The notes under the pieces: model-generated
What the model was told of the DNA's origin: nothing
The model's input: the letters and a program-made list of their open reading frames with translations, nothing else
Database searches by the model: none
Assembly (NCBI GenBank): GCA_951406725.2
Contig: OX597818.1
Coordinates: 13,330,001 to 13,394,000, forward strand
From: Octopus vulgaris
Taxonomy: Eukaryota
DNA length: 64,000 nucleotides
Reading direction: 5' to 3'
In this document: piece after piece, positions 1 through 13,279 of the stretch
Numbering within the stretch: position 1 is the first letter of the stretch
Layout: every line of letters starts with the position of its first letter
Translations under genes and position numbers: made by a program

Positions 1-373
1 CCGCGAAACCTATAAGATAATTCTTCTGAAACACTTTACATATTTTTCTTAGCAAATTCTGAGCCTTTTCTCTAAACTATGCTATTTAATTATACATACA
101 TACATGCATACATACGTTCGTACGTATACACACACAGAGACATATTATGCCAAACTCTGAATCGGTTCCGTGCTACTTCAAGTTTTGTAGGCACCTAACG
201 AGAACCTGACACCTTCAAACTTTTAAAATGACCAAAGATTCGTACATTCCAGAAGGCGTAAGGGGTCGGACTCTCGTTAGGAACCTGTGAAACTTGATGT
301 AACACAGAAGGAATCAAACTGCCTTAAATAAGTCATGTAACTTTTATCAAATGTGTTGAATGCCTGTTTCTTT

Positions 374-417
<44 letters not shown>

Positions 418-1434
418 CACGCACACACACACGTGCACACACGGGAGCGCGGACACACACATTCACGCACACATACATACATACACACAAATATGTATAT
501 TGTATATATATTATGTATATTGATTTATTTATAGTAACGAATTAAAAGCAGCGCTTGGGTTGCGAACATTATCGACTGCGCATACTCAATGTATGTATTT
601 TGCTTGTTCGCCGCTTTCCAGCGGTAAACAGCTCATTGTATTGGATGTTGGAATAACTGAAGTCCATAGGTGAGTTGTCTCCTTCATGTTTGCTGGATAC
701 TGATATTTTGCCACTTCTCTGCCTTATCAACACCGGAGACGAATTGAAATGCCACTCTATGACTATATTTAAATAGCGTAAAAACTATTCAAAAACTGCT
801 GATATGCCACGTCGATCCATACGTAAGATCAAATTAGGTCCCGAATTAAAAAGAAAACAGCACCAATACTGTAATTATTATCGACCGCACATACTCAATA
901 TATGTGTTTATCTATTTTCCTACTTGAATGGCATTGTATATATAAATAACAATTTTCCTTTAAGGATGCATTAATTTTACGGTTCTGATATAATTTCATT
1001 GAAAACCCGTCTATAATCTTCCTCTACGTTTCCTAAGATGTTTTTATATGGAGTGGGTTCTGCAAAGAGAGGAGCATAGACGGAATATACTTTAGATTCT
1101 TCATGTCGCTTCGCTTTGTGCCAAATTATATTTATTTCAAATATAATTTGTAATTCTATTACTTACGTCTTCTAGCACAGTAGAAAGAATTTGCAATAAA
1201 CGTGAAATTTTATTCGTGCTTTTACAATTTAATAACATGATCGTGTATTTTTACTTCGGAAAGTAGAGGCGCAATGCATAGATAGGGAAATGAGAAACAA
1301 AACGTATATATGTTTTCCAAGAAAACAATACACAAATATTAGTTATTGTCGGATATTATATTTATTATTTGTCGGATTTCACAACCTCTCAGAATAAATA
1401 TAATCACCCAAACCTTGTAAAGTAAGCTTTACTT

Positions 1435-2295
1435 AAAGGTTTAGGACGCAGTTATAATTATGTTCGAGAGATGGAATGGCTGTTAGGATGGATGTGAGTA
1501 TAAATAGTAAGGTGTTAGAGGAGGTGAGTGTTTTTATGTATCTGGGATCACATGTGGTGGTGCATGGGGTGTTCGCTGAAGAAGTGAGATATAGAGTAAA
1601 ATACTTGGAGTTATGAAAGGTATGCTGAGAGTATGAGAGTATGAGAGTGTAAAGAGGTTTGTATGAGGGCATGATTGTGGCGACAATGTTATATGGTGCA
1701 GAGACGTGGGGCTGAGAGGGGCGAAAAGGAGGCGAATAGATGTGTTTGAGATGAGATGTCTGAGATCTCTGGCTGGTGTGACACGGATGGACAGGATGAG
1801 GAATGAGGAGGTGCAAAGGCGAGCAGGAATGAAAGTAAAACTAACAGCCAAAATAGATTAATGTTGAGGTGGATTAGCCATATGGAGAAGATGGATGAGG
1901 AGCGGATGGTAAGGAGGGTGATGAAGGCAGAAGCAGTAGGCAGCAGAACCGGAGGCGAAGTTGGGTTTGTGTGGATGGATGGAGTGAGGAAAGGCTTTGG
2001 TGGTTAGAGCTGTTGGAATGAGAGAGGCAAGAGAGTTTATAAATGATAGGAAAACTTGTAGAGTGTTTGTGGACGAATGAATGAATTTGATTTTGCACAA
2101 AGTGGTACTGAACCAGCATGATGCGGCGGGGATAAACCGGCATATGATGTCGGGCTCCGCTGCTGATATTAGAGGTCGCGTTCTATGCTTTGACGTGAGC
2201 ATACGACGGGGCTTGCCTCTTTGACCTGGAAAATGAACGGAATGCCTGGTGTTTATCTTGTGGTTATCCCTTCCTAAAAATTGGGGACTAGAACT
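1435..2295 (+). mobile_element. RTE-clade LINE, 5'-truncated and disrupted (RT C-terminal region plus 3' UTR)
   Basis: Manual + strand translation gives LEEVSVFMYLGS, LYEGMIVATMLYGAETW and DVFEMRCLRSLAGVTRMDRMRNEEV, typical RTE C-terminal motifs, with stops and frameshifts. Confidence 0.85.
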
Positions 2296-2441
2296 GAGTA
2301 TATGTATATCTATATTTCATTACATCTAATAGGAGCAAATATGGTAATGTGTGGTTATGTAGTAAAGTCAGATAATCTACGTTTCAAGCCCATTACTTAG
2401 AATGTTTTAAATAAGTCATCACGACGGTGTTTACAATTAAA

Positions 2442-2672
2442 GGCGAGCTGGCAGAATTGCTAGCATGCCGGGCGAAATGATTTGCGGTATTTCATCTGCC
2501 CTTACGTTCTGAGTTCAAATTCCGCCGCGGTCGACTTTGCCTTTCATCCTTTCGGGGTCGATAAATTAAGTACCATTTACGCACTGGGGTCGATATAATC
2601 GACTTAATCCGTTTGCCTGTCCTTGTCCGTCCCCTCTGTGTTTAGCCCCTTGTGGGTAGTGAAGAAATAGGA
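2442..2672 (+). mobile_element. tRNA-derived SINE with Meta/MESC-like core and 13-bp TSD
   Basis: Core GTCGACTTTGCCTTTCATCCTTTCGGGGTCGATAAATTAAGTACC; B-box-like GAGTTCAAATTCC; direct repeat GTTTACAATTAAA at 2429-2441 and 2673-2685. Confidence 0.9.
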
Positions 2673-3394
2673 GTTTACAATTAAACGATAGACAATTATC
2701 ACATGATAAAGCTTTATATTCGTTGCACCCTATACACGAATGATTGCCTCCTCAAACCACTAGATTTCTTAATATTATTACTGTCTTTGCTTTCATATAG
2801 GTAGATACTTTCCCTTTTATTGTAGTATTTAGAGAACACACGCTTTTTAAATTTCTATCGTCGGTATCTTTTAACTTAATCTAAAAGCTTCCAACTAGAG
2901 GAAGCAATTAACTATTAAGAACCGTTTAACACAATTGACATTAACTGTTATAATCCCATTGATGCTAGCATTTCCCATTTACACTAGAAATCTTGGTGGT
3001 TCAGTTCACAGGTCTACCAAACTTTACAATCGGACCAAAGCAAGCAGCCACATTGCTAACGTAAATATACGCAACTTATAATATCCCCAACAACATTCAC
3101 TAAATCCAAATCATATAAGCTATATTGCGTTGTAAATACAACAGCTGAGACACATGTACATAACGTCTATCACATCTTCAAGAATATTAACTAATCTAAG
3201 AAACAGATTATTTTGGTTAGTAAAATATAATACCCACATAAAATTGGCCTGTTAACGGGAAACTTAATCCACGAAGTATCATGTTATATTATAATACATG
3301 CACCAAAATATACATGAACAATCAACCCCCCAACACTTATTACGCCTACCGTTATTAGCATCCCAATAGAGGGCGTTTGTGCAATATCAATATT

Positions 3395-3608
3395 AAGGCG
3401 ACGAGTTGGCAGAAACGTTAGCACTCTGGGCGAAATGTTTAGAGGTATTTCGTCTGTCTTTTCGTTTTGATTTCAGAATACGCTGAGGTCGACTTTGCCA
3501 TTCCTGCTTTCGGGGTTGATAAATTAAGTACCAGTTTCGTCCTGGGGTCGATCTAATCGAATGACCTCCTTTACAAAAATTTCGGGCCTTGTGCCTAGAG
3601 TAGAAAAG
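3395..3608 (+). mobile_element. SINE with the same head and core but an alternative 3' tail
   Basis: Homologous to 2442-2610, then tail GGGCCTTGTGCCTAGAGTAGAAAAG; AATATCAAT flanks both sides (3383-3391, 3609-3617). Confidence 0.85.
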
Positions 3609-5306
3609 AATATCAATGTATTATATAATGTACAAAACAAAACAACACATAAAAAAGTAAGGCCCCTAAACATGCTCAATCGTACAAGAACTTTACTTTG
3701 AATTAAGGAAAACTTAGAGACTTAGAGACAATGAGAACCTAAGATACAAAAGATTCGCAGACAACAAGCACATCAAAAATATATATGTCATAACTAGCAG
3801 CCTAACGACTATCATTATAGGTTCCTCATTCGGACAGAACCATTCAATCTAACATTAAAACTATAAATGACGTCTGAGGATTAATGAACAAGAAATACGA
3901 ACCACACATCAGCACAATATTCCATTATGTATACACCCAGTTATCATTACACAACACAAATTCAAACATCATATCTTAAACGTGAATCATAGCTATGAAG
4001 CATATATATTCGATGACATATATAAAGAAAACAGATATATCACCAAACAGCCCTCGTTATTCAAAGAACTATCAAATTTATTCCTTTAGAATTAGTAGAA
4101 CAAAAGGAGACATGTGGGATAGAGAGTTTTGAGGAGGTCATAGGATATGTAAAGAAAGACCTTTGACAAAGAAACTAAAACAATGATAATGAGAAAATTG
4201 AAGTGATGACCAAATATATAGTCCGTGTGTTTAATAGGCAAAATATGATCACTCCCTAGTATAACAATATACTTCATCACTCAACTTCAAGTTACAAATC
4301 ATGGAAAAAATATATATAAACATATATATTACACATATATATGTGTATGTTTCCCTGGGAGTAGGTGTGTGCGTGCGTGTGCGTGTGAGTGCTTAGTTCT
4401 CTGTGATTCTACATATCACATCAGAAAAGAATGATGTATGTGTAACTGAAGTGTAATGTTGCAGAGCAACGATGAGTTACACTAAAATAATTAGCCAAGT
4501 ATAAAAATAAACATTTGCATTAATATGATATTCGAGAGTATGTATATCATATGTCCAATAACAATACAGCTTGTTCCAATATGTAGAACAAAAGAGAAGA
4601 CTAGTACCAAAAATAAAATATAGAATGTATGAATATATATTAAGACAAGTAGAAATATTCGTATAGCTGAAAAACCAGTGTTTTGTTGTTGTTTTTATAG
4701 AGATATTGTATATTTTCAAGCACCATAGTGATGAAGAGACGTCGGTAAAAGTTCAAACGTCAGGATTTAGTTCAAGATGACTTTTCTAGAACTAAAAGTC
4801 ATCTTTACTAGCAAGCAGTATGTGGAAAATTGACTCGCAATAACATTGAGATGACGAGTCACATTTAGACGAACGGCTGCGTAATATGTAAATAATATTG
4901 TTGCATGCAAAAGCTGCGGGGTGAAATGTTTTACTTGCACGAGATGAAAACATGATGAAATATAAGAAATTCATAGAAAATGTAAATATGAGGGTATCCC
5001 ACCTAAGTATATATTATATTATACTCAAGGAGATTGTGGAACATAATGGGAATATAATAAAATAGAATTGTGTGTGTGTGTGTGTTTGAGTGTCTATGCA
5101 TGTGTGTGTGTGTGGGTGCGTGCATGTGTGTTTCTGTATATTTGCATCTCACTTGGATATACTATTGAAAGCAATTCTGCCACCGCTACTAGATGCTTTA
5201 CGACTGGTCCTGTTAAAGTTCTATGCTTTTTATCAGTATACGCCGACAAGAGAAGGTTTTTTTGAAGACGAATACAGCAGTTTTGTGGCTTTCGAGAGGG
5301 TATTCT

Positions 5307-5450
5307 AGAGCGTAACTGCATAGTCAGAAATTTGTTTCTCAACTATATGGTGCCAGGTTCAGTTTCATTGGCCAGAGGCATGAGCAAATTTCTTCAAATA
5401 TAGCTCTGGGCTGACTAACAACTGAGTGGATTTGGCAGACGGAAAATAGA
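5307..5450 (+). mobile_element. Degenerate SINE head (family of 23636-23913)
   Basis: GGTTCAG...GAGTGGATTTGGCAGACGGAAA matches the copies at 23636 and 9306-9452. Confidence 0.6.
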
Positions 5451-6070
5451 AGGTTCTACCTCCCTATGCGGCACGATGTTGTTGCTAAAACAATTTGCAA
5501 TGCAATTCTCAAAAAAGACTATTCTGAAAGAAACTTAGAAAATCCCTCTGCTATGGAATACATTCATAAACCCTGACTCAAGGCATACTGGTGGAATATT
5601 CCCATCAAAACCTCTGTGAAATGTAAACATAACAGCCTGGATATTGCTGTTTGTGACAGAGAGGTAATGGTATGTACCATCAAACGGGTCAGCTGTCTTG
5701 CAGATATAAATATCTCTATGAAAATCAAAGAAAAAGAGTATATCTATGGACATCTATTTGAAATCTCCAGCTTCTATATCCAGATTATGAATTCATATTC
5801 ACCCTAATAATAATTGGAACAATAGGTTTTGCTAGTAAATTCTTAAAGGTGAATCTGGATAAACTGGGATTTTCAGAAAAATAAACCGACCGGCTAATTT
5901 GTACATTAGAAGTGCAATCGGTGAGTGAAACAGTAACGATATGCAAGACTTTTCTCAAGTTCCAAAAGTGAATCCATCTGTGTTAAAAACATCCTAAAGA
6001 TGGAGCCTTATGTATTTGTTGGAAACCGGCTTCCTCTTCAGTGGAAGATTTATAATGATTAAGAAGTAGA
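5451..6070 (+). mobile_element. 3' fragment of an R4/Dong (R2-group) non-LTR retrotransposon, restriction-like endonuclease domain
   Basis: Translation YLPMRHDVVAK...YWWNIPIKTSVKCKHNSLDIAVCDRE...VSCLADINISMKIKEKEYIYG...ICKTFLKFQK* (stop 5969-5971): RHD motif plus a decayed PD..(D/E)..K RLE signature; followed by (TACA)n. Confidence 0.75.
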
Positions 6071-6075
6071 AGAGA

Positions 6076-6272
6076 CATACATACATACATATATACACAC
6101 ATACATACATACATACATACATACATACATACATGCATACATACATACATACATACATTCATACATACATACATACATACATACATACATACATACATAC
6201 ATACATGCATACATACATACATACATACATACATACATACATACATACATACATACACACATACATACATAC
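6076..6272. repeat. (TACA)n microsatellite
   Basis: Direct reading. Confidence 0.97.
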
Positions 6273-6276
6273 GAAT

Positions 6277-6668
6277 ATATGGTAAACGAAAGACGGAAGA
6301 TGGAAGATACGAGAATTTTTATTTATCAAGACAATTGTTTCGACATCTATAGCACCGATCCCTCACTGGTGGGTTACTTAACAACTGGTTCAGAATCATC
6401 CGACGGTGCAGATATGTCTCTTCTATATAAGTGAAGATATATCCTGTAATTAACTGCTTTACTTTGCGCCAAATGAGAAGATATATTGCGGGAGTGTTAT
6501 TTAACGGGTTATATCTATTTATTACCTGAAGATACACATCTGCACCGTCGGATGTTCCTGAGCCAGTTGTTAAGTATCCCACCCGTGAGGATGCTATATG
6601 TGTCAAAACAATTGTGATTAATATAGAAATTCTCGTATCTTCCATCTTCCGTCTTTCATTTACCATAT
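6277..6668. mobile_element. Inverted-repeat cassette (~145-bp arms) with a degenerate hammerhead in each arm
   Basis: 6277-6423 is the reverse complement of 6528-6668. The left arm (-) keeps GACAT..ATGTC GAAAC AATT GTC; the right arm (+) keeps CTGAAGA at 6526-6532. Confidence 0.75.
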
Positions 6669-6740
6669 ACATAACAAACACTGTGAAATTGAACTTGGCT
6701 TTGCCAGTAAGCTACCAGGTATAGAACATTCGTTTTATTA

Positions 6741-6790
<50 letters not shown>

Positions 6791-7684
6791 GTATGTATGT
6801 TATGTATGTATGTTTGTATGTATGTGAACACCCTTCACCAACACCCGGCAGTGTATCAATTTATACTTAAAGTTACCCTGTAGGTACTTGTGAGCAGTTC
6901 TAGTCTTCATCACTAATTCTGTTACAAATCAAATTGAATGCGATTGTTTTAAATATGACGCTCGCTCCGAAACTAACTTTTGAGTTAAAATATTTGAATT
7001 TTTTTTTTAGAATTATATTATTTTTCACATTTTATTTTATTAACAAAATTCATTATTCAGGCATTTCACATCAGAGATATTGTTATAAAATTTACATTAT
7101 ATAGAGTATATTTAATTTAGGAAGATAAAAAATAGTAACAAAAAATTTAAAGAAAACAAGGGTGTTCCTTTAAAGTTTGCATTATCAGATAACAAAATAT
7201 CTGGAATTTTTTAAAAGAACTGAAAACTAATGAATAAATTGATTGTAAAATGTTGAAATGATTCTCTAGCTTTTTAAAAGAAACTTACGGGCTATAATGC
7301 ATTGTCAGTTTTGCTTAAATTGCTATAATGTGATTTTTTTCTAATATATAAACTTTTAATATCCAATTTTTAATGTGTAAATTTGCAGGCAATTATTTTT
7401 TCTGCCAGAATTGATAATAAAAACCTTCTTGAGTATTTTAATTAAAACTTTTATTTCAAATTAAAAAAAATATAAAGTGCATTTATTGCTAGCTTGGTTT
7501 TTAAACTCTGGAATCACCAGCAATATCTTGTCTTGTTTTTCTTCGTCCTCCTCTTTTCCAGGTTTAATATTCTAGCATCCTGTGTCGGTATTTGTCATTT
7601 TGTTAGTGCTTGTTCTGAATTTACCAGTTCCAATATTTAAGTATATTCTATGATTTTGTGCCCGTCAATTTTTGACGTTTGAAC

Positions 7685-7737
<53 letters not shown>

Positions 7738-8031
7738 TTATAAGTATATGTATGTGTATGTGAATAAATATAACCGCACGTGATTGTTAAAGAGTAAAAG
7801 TAATCATGAATAATCTTGATTATTTTTCCTCCTTCATGTTGAACATTCCTGGTTTACCTGTTTCCGAAGAGGCGCAATGCTTGACACGTAAAATTACACC
7901 TATTTTCCTTCACAGAGTGTAATATTAATACATTCCCCATACTAGTCCACTCGTTTGTTTGCTTTTCCTCTTCTTTTTCTCTGTTTTTAATTGACTATAT
8001 ACATACATACATACATACATACATGCATACG

Positions 8032-8096
<65 letters not shown>

Positions 8097-8100
<4 letters not shown>

Positions 8101-8397
8101 CCGTAATCACCGTGATCACCGTGACCGACCAGGCTATCAGATGTTGCTACACATCGATGGTCACAATGGCTTTAAATGATGCCACCGCGCTCGCTACGCG
8201 AGCAGGTCAACAGGAGAAAGAGTGAGAGAAAGTCGTGGCGAAAGAGTACAGCACGGATCGCCACCACCTCTGCCGGAGCCTCGTGGAGCTTTAGGTGTTT
8301 TCGCTCAATAAACACTCACAACGCCCGGTCTGTGAATCGAAATCGCGATCCTACGACCGCGAATCCACTGCCCTAACACCTGGGCCATGCGCCTCCA
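8097..8397 (-). mobile_element. tRNA-derived SINE inserted in (TA)n
   Basis: Reverse-complement homologue of 21959-22268; tRNA-like head and (CACGGTGAT)n tail. Confidence 0.9.
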
Positions 8398-8563
8398 CAT
8401 ATATATATATATATATATATATATGTGTATGTACGTATATCAAGTAGGTACTGCAAATTTAGGGTGAATACTTGATAAGTGAAAGAACCTGTATACGCCA
8501 GATTGTGGCAGAGGTAAGAGAGAATATATCAAATAAAATCAAAAAGAGAACACAAAGGATATC

Positions 8564-8655
8564 GCGGTACACGTGTTTCAAGCTTTATAAACGACCTGTT
8601 CATTGCATCAGTATATAATAGATATAAAAGATGGTTTAAAGCTCTCTTCAGCCGC
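8564..8655 (-). ncRNA. Type I hammerhead ribozyme with long stem II
   Basis: GCGG CUGAAGA GAGCUUUA...UAAAGCUU GAAAC ACGU GUA^CCGC. Confidence 0.85.
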
Positions 8656-8840
8656 ATACATGATTATTCCAAGGAGTTACATTACACTATAAAAAATATG
8701 AAAAGTACATGTAGTATTACCCATTATAATACGTATATCATATCTCCCTGAGAAAGTGTATTTGTAAAATTTCGTAACTGTATTACTGTATAAAGATTCA
8801 TTGGATTTCGAAAATCTGCCCCTTTGGAATAACAATGTAT

Positions 8841-8932
8841 GCGGCTGAAGAGAGTTTTAAACCATCTTTTATATCTATTATACACTGATGTAATGAACAG
8901 GTCATTTATAAAGCTTGAAACACGTGTACCGC
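8841..8932 (+). ncRNA. Type I hammerhead ribozyme with long stem II
   Basis: GCGG CUGAAGA GAGUUU...AAGCUU GAAAC ACGU GUA^CCGC. Confidence 0.85.
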
Positions 8933-9039
8933 GATATCCTTTGTGTTCTGTTTTTGATTTTATTTGATATATTTGTATGTATATATATATATGTAGAAAT
9001 ATATATATGCATATATATATACATTCTTTTATTTCAATC

Positions 9040-9452
9040 CTGTTACTTTTTTGAGCCATTTGACTGCGGCCATGCTGGAGCACCGCCTTTAATCGAACAA
9101 ATTGACCCCATTACTTATTCTATCGGTCCCTTTAGTTGAACGGCTAAGTTACTGGGACGTAAACACACTAACATCGGTTGTAAACTGATGGTAGGGGACA
9201 AACACAGACACACAAGTACATACATACATATATACCCACACACATACACACACACGCACACACGCACGCACACATATATATATGTATATATATATATATA
9301 TGTCCGACGGGCTTCTTTCAGTTTCTGTCTACCAAATCCACTGACAAGTCTTTGGTCGGCTCGAGGCTACAGTAGAAGACACTTGCCCAAGGTGCCAGGC
9401 AGTTGGACTGAACTCAGAACGATGAGGTTGGGAGCGAGGCTTCTTACCATGC
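9040..9452 (-). mobile_element. Composite SINE (tRNA/CORE-like head, internal CA/TA microsatellite, 3' part)
   Basis: GAAGACACTTGCCCAAGGTGCC CORE-like segment; homologous to 50883-51275 and 23636-23913. Confidence 0.85.
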
Positions 9453-11825
9453 TTATATTCATATAGAGATGGAGTGGGGGAGTTGTATTTATAAACGTAG
9501 GAATGTAAAAATACACTTATATGTGTGTTATACTCTTGCCTTTTCTAATTTCTGTTTTTCCATTTGTATTAAACTTATAATAGCATATAATCTCCCACAC
9601 AGTAGTCTTGACTGATGTGCCTAGCCTGGCTTCTGTTATAATTATTTATGTAGCCATCAGCCCATATACATCTCTCATTTTCCGTCTACAATTGATGACG
9701 TACATGCCCTTGACAATTACTTATTTTATCAAAGTTTCCTCCATCATCCTCTTCTACTTCTTCGCCTTCAAGAAATCGGAAAATTTCCATATCCGTCGCC
9801 AATATTTTCTTTCTCCATTTATTTCTCCTACTACCCTATTTCATTATTTATGATGATGACGATGAAGATTGATAATGAAGATGAGGTTGTTGCCGTTGAT
9901 AAAGTTAATAGAGTTGGCGGTATTCTCTCCTTTATTCGAGTTAGAAATGATATGAAAAATTTATATATATAAACATAGGGCGGGGCTAACAAATCTCTGT
10001 AGGGTGGAAGTCATATATTTATAAAAATGAAGTGGCATGTGACACTTTATATCATATATAATAAAACGGGCAAAAATGATACGGATGAAAGCATAAGTAA
10101 ATTGTGACGACAAACCACTAAATAATGAAGGTAGAATTAGAAGAAAACATAACTCGAATATAACATAACGCATTGAGTTGATGTCCACATACGGTGGAGA
10201 AATCTACTAATTTTATTGTTCTACCTCCCTACCATTGCTCATACTAGAGTATCGTGCAACTAACATTTTAGAGTTAGTTGAGTAGATAACACACTAGGTC
10301 TTCGAGATACGACTTGCTCAATTCATTGCAATTCTTCTATGTTGTTTTACCAATAACCTCTCATTGTCCAAACCAAAGTGTGATGGCATTTGTTCCACAT
10401 AGGTTGGTGGAGCGTAAAAGGTTTTGTGATGTATTCATAATTAAAAATATTTATAGTTGATTTGTTTCAGTGACTTGGCAAGTATAATTAGTGAAAACCT
10501 TTTGGCAGCGAAGGCGCTTTTTTTTTATCGATTAGCCAGATGCAGTTGCATATTTATATGGTATTCTACGACGATAATGTTTTGTTTCATCTATTTCGCT
10601 TGTCATGTCAGCAATATAACATAAAATCAAAGTTACCATCACGTAAAAAAAAGAAGCAAAGCAAATTTGAGAAAACTTGAATCAGCTATCTAAAATTTTG
10701 TGTGAACTTATGACACACGAGTAGATAAGTTACGTAAAATGAAAATACGGTGTACAGTTACTAGTCATTCGATTCTAAAGCAGAATATTACAAAATTGTA
10801 ATCCTCCATTTAAGCCAATAAATATTAATATTGTGCTCGTATGTAAATAGTATGGAGCTGACACTAAAAAAAATATATTACATGCTAAACACAGAATTAT
10901 GTATTATATATATATATATATATACAATCAGTATATAACATGATTTTTATAGCTGTTTTAGTCAGAATACAACACATGAAAGCTTTCACAATGTATGTTT
11001 TGTACTGCTGTATACTTTTCTATAAATCATATATTAATGCTCCTTGATGCAATCTATTTGCACATTGCATAAATCTATTATTCATGAGAATATTTATTTT
11101 AAAATAGAAAGACGTAAAGAGTTGTATATATTTAATCCATTATTACTAAATAATGTAATACAAAATACCTATTGAGAATAAAGTAAGCCATTGAATTCCA
11201 TTTATAAAAGGATCAGGTCGTCATATAATTGACAGAATTTAATTCACAGAAAGCGCATGTATACATATACGTACACATACATACACACGTACATATATAA
11301 ACACGTATGCACATACATACATGCATACATATATTCATACACACATGCATATATGCATACATACGTACGTAGGTACACACACACATACACTTATACATAT
11401 ATGAATATACTTGCGTGAGCGTTTGCGTGGGCTTGTCTGTAGAAGCTGTGAAGAGTTTCGCTTTCCAAATATGAGCTCTCCGATTGTTTCATTGCTCGGA
11501 AAGTTGTATTAGGAATTCCTGTAATATCTTCGTGTTTTGTAAGTTTTATAGTTACCCATTATGTGGAAGACGCATACGTTCTCATACATACACAGACAGA
11601 TGCAAACACACACAATGCATACATACATGCACGTATAAGTGCGCGCGCACACACAGGGATTATGCAAATGCCTACATAGTAAAAGTCCACGAGATTAGTG
11701 CTCGACGAGTAAAAATCATTAAATATTTAACGAAACTAATGTACTCCAAAGCAGATGAGTGAATTAGAAGAACACGATTATGTGTAAGTAAAGAAAGAGA
11801 AACAATCATAGATTTATAGAACATA

Positions 11826-13105
11826 TTGGGTTGTCCGGAAAGTACGTTCCGATTTATAGTAGCTTACCTTTCGTCTTATTTTAAAACATAGTTGAGTCAA
11901 TAAAATAGGATTTGACAACACCTCCATTTAGAGCACAGTTTAAACTATGTTTTCGTGGAAGAAGGTTTATGTTCCTATAATCTGTGTTAATTCTGTAACC
12001 CTTTAAAATGGAAGATAAGAAAGTTCATTTTCGGCGCTTGATGCTTTTCTTTTTCCGTAAAGGGAAAAATGCCTCACAAGCAACCAAAGAAACATGCCCA
12101 GTTTACGGTAATATTTCTTTATCCGAAAGAAATGTGCTGAAGTGTTTCGGAAGGTTCCCAGCTGGAGATTGTAGTCTTATTGATAAAGAGCGTTCAGGCA
12201 GACTATCCACTACAGATGATGATCAAATCAAGTCATTAATTGAGAATAACCCACATAGCACAACCCAAGAATTGGCAGAAAGATTCAAACTATGAAAATC
12301 CGTCGTTCATGAACACTTGGTAAAGCTTGGGTACACCAATGGCTATGATGTTTGGGTACCACTTGAGTTGAGTGAGAACCTTTTGGATCGAATTTCCATC
12401 TGTGGTTCGCTTTATAAACGGAATGAAAACGCGCCTTTTTTAAAGCAAATTGTGACAGGTGATGAGAAATGGATTATCTACCGAAATATTCAGAGAAGGG
12501 GATCCTGGAGTAAGTGACATGAGCCACTCTTAGCCATCCCAAAGCGGGTCTTCACCCTAAAAATTTCTTGCTTTGTGTCTGGTGGGATTGGAAAGGAATT
12601 CTGTACTATGAGCTTCTCCCAAGTAACCAGACAATTAATTCTGAGAAATACTGCACATAACTGGACGAGTTAAAATCAGCAATTCAAGAGAAACATCCAG
12701 AATTGGCCAACAGGAAGGGTGTTGTTTTACAACATCATTATATAAGACCGCACGTTTCTTGGGGAACCAGACAAAAATTGCTGCAGCTCGGCTGGGATGT
12801 GTTACTCCACCCTCCATATTCACCAGATATCGCTCCTTCAGATTTCCACTTATTCGGGTCTCTGCAGAATAGTCTTAATGCTAAAAATTTCAATTCCTTG
12901 GATGACGTAAAAAGATGCCTTGATGAATTATTTGCCATGAAACCACGTCAATTCTGGTAAAAGGGTATTTTCAAGTTAAAGGAAAGATAGAGACGCAATG
13001 TGCATTAAAATGATTCACATTTGGTTGATTAAAAATGAAATGGCAATTATTTATTGACCTTTTCCTTTCCTTTAATAATCGGCACGAACGTTTCGGACAA
13101 CCCAA
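11826..13105 (+). mobile_element. Full-length mariner (DD34D-type) transposon, 1280 bp
   Basis: TIRs TTGGGTTGTCCGGAAAGTACGTTCCGATT / AATCGGCACGAACGTTTCGGACAACCCAA, with TA on both sides. Confidence 0.95.
12008..13031 (+). pseudogene. Mariner transposase pseudogene
   Basis: HTH region with RSGR, then WVPLEL, TGDEKW and HPPYSPDIAPSDFHLF, split over three ORFs by stops and frameshifts. Confidence 0.95.
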
Positions 13106-13111
13106 TATAAA

Positions 13112-13161
<50 letters not shown>

Positions 13162-13279
13162 CAATTAAGGAACGGCCATAATAGGCCATTCACCCACTAG
13201 AAATAACAGCCAAAGCTTCTACCGCAAATAAAGATCAATTCCGTAAACAGGAGAAAATTAAAAAAACATTTACCCTGTA

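Larger units (their letters stand above)
8523..8972. mobile_element. Inverted-repeat cassette (~150-bp arms) with a hammerhead in each arm
   Basis: 8523-8673 is the reverse complement of 8822-8972. Confidence 0.85.

Noticed and set aside
1433-2202. Four minus-strand ORFs
   Set aside because: Antisense shadows of the + strand RTE fragment.
2700-4100. A/C-rich stretch resembling a very old PLE
   Set aside because: No convincing protein motif or complete HHR could be read.
4722-4765. GTGATGA...CAAACGTC hammerhead-like text
   Set aside because: Both core halves are mutated and the helices are unconvincing.
7860-7895. CCGAAGA GGCG caa TGCTT GACACGTA
   Set aside because: Possibly a dead HHR, but both core boxes are altered and stem I is AT-only.
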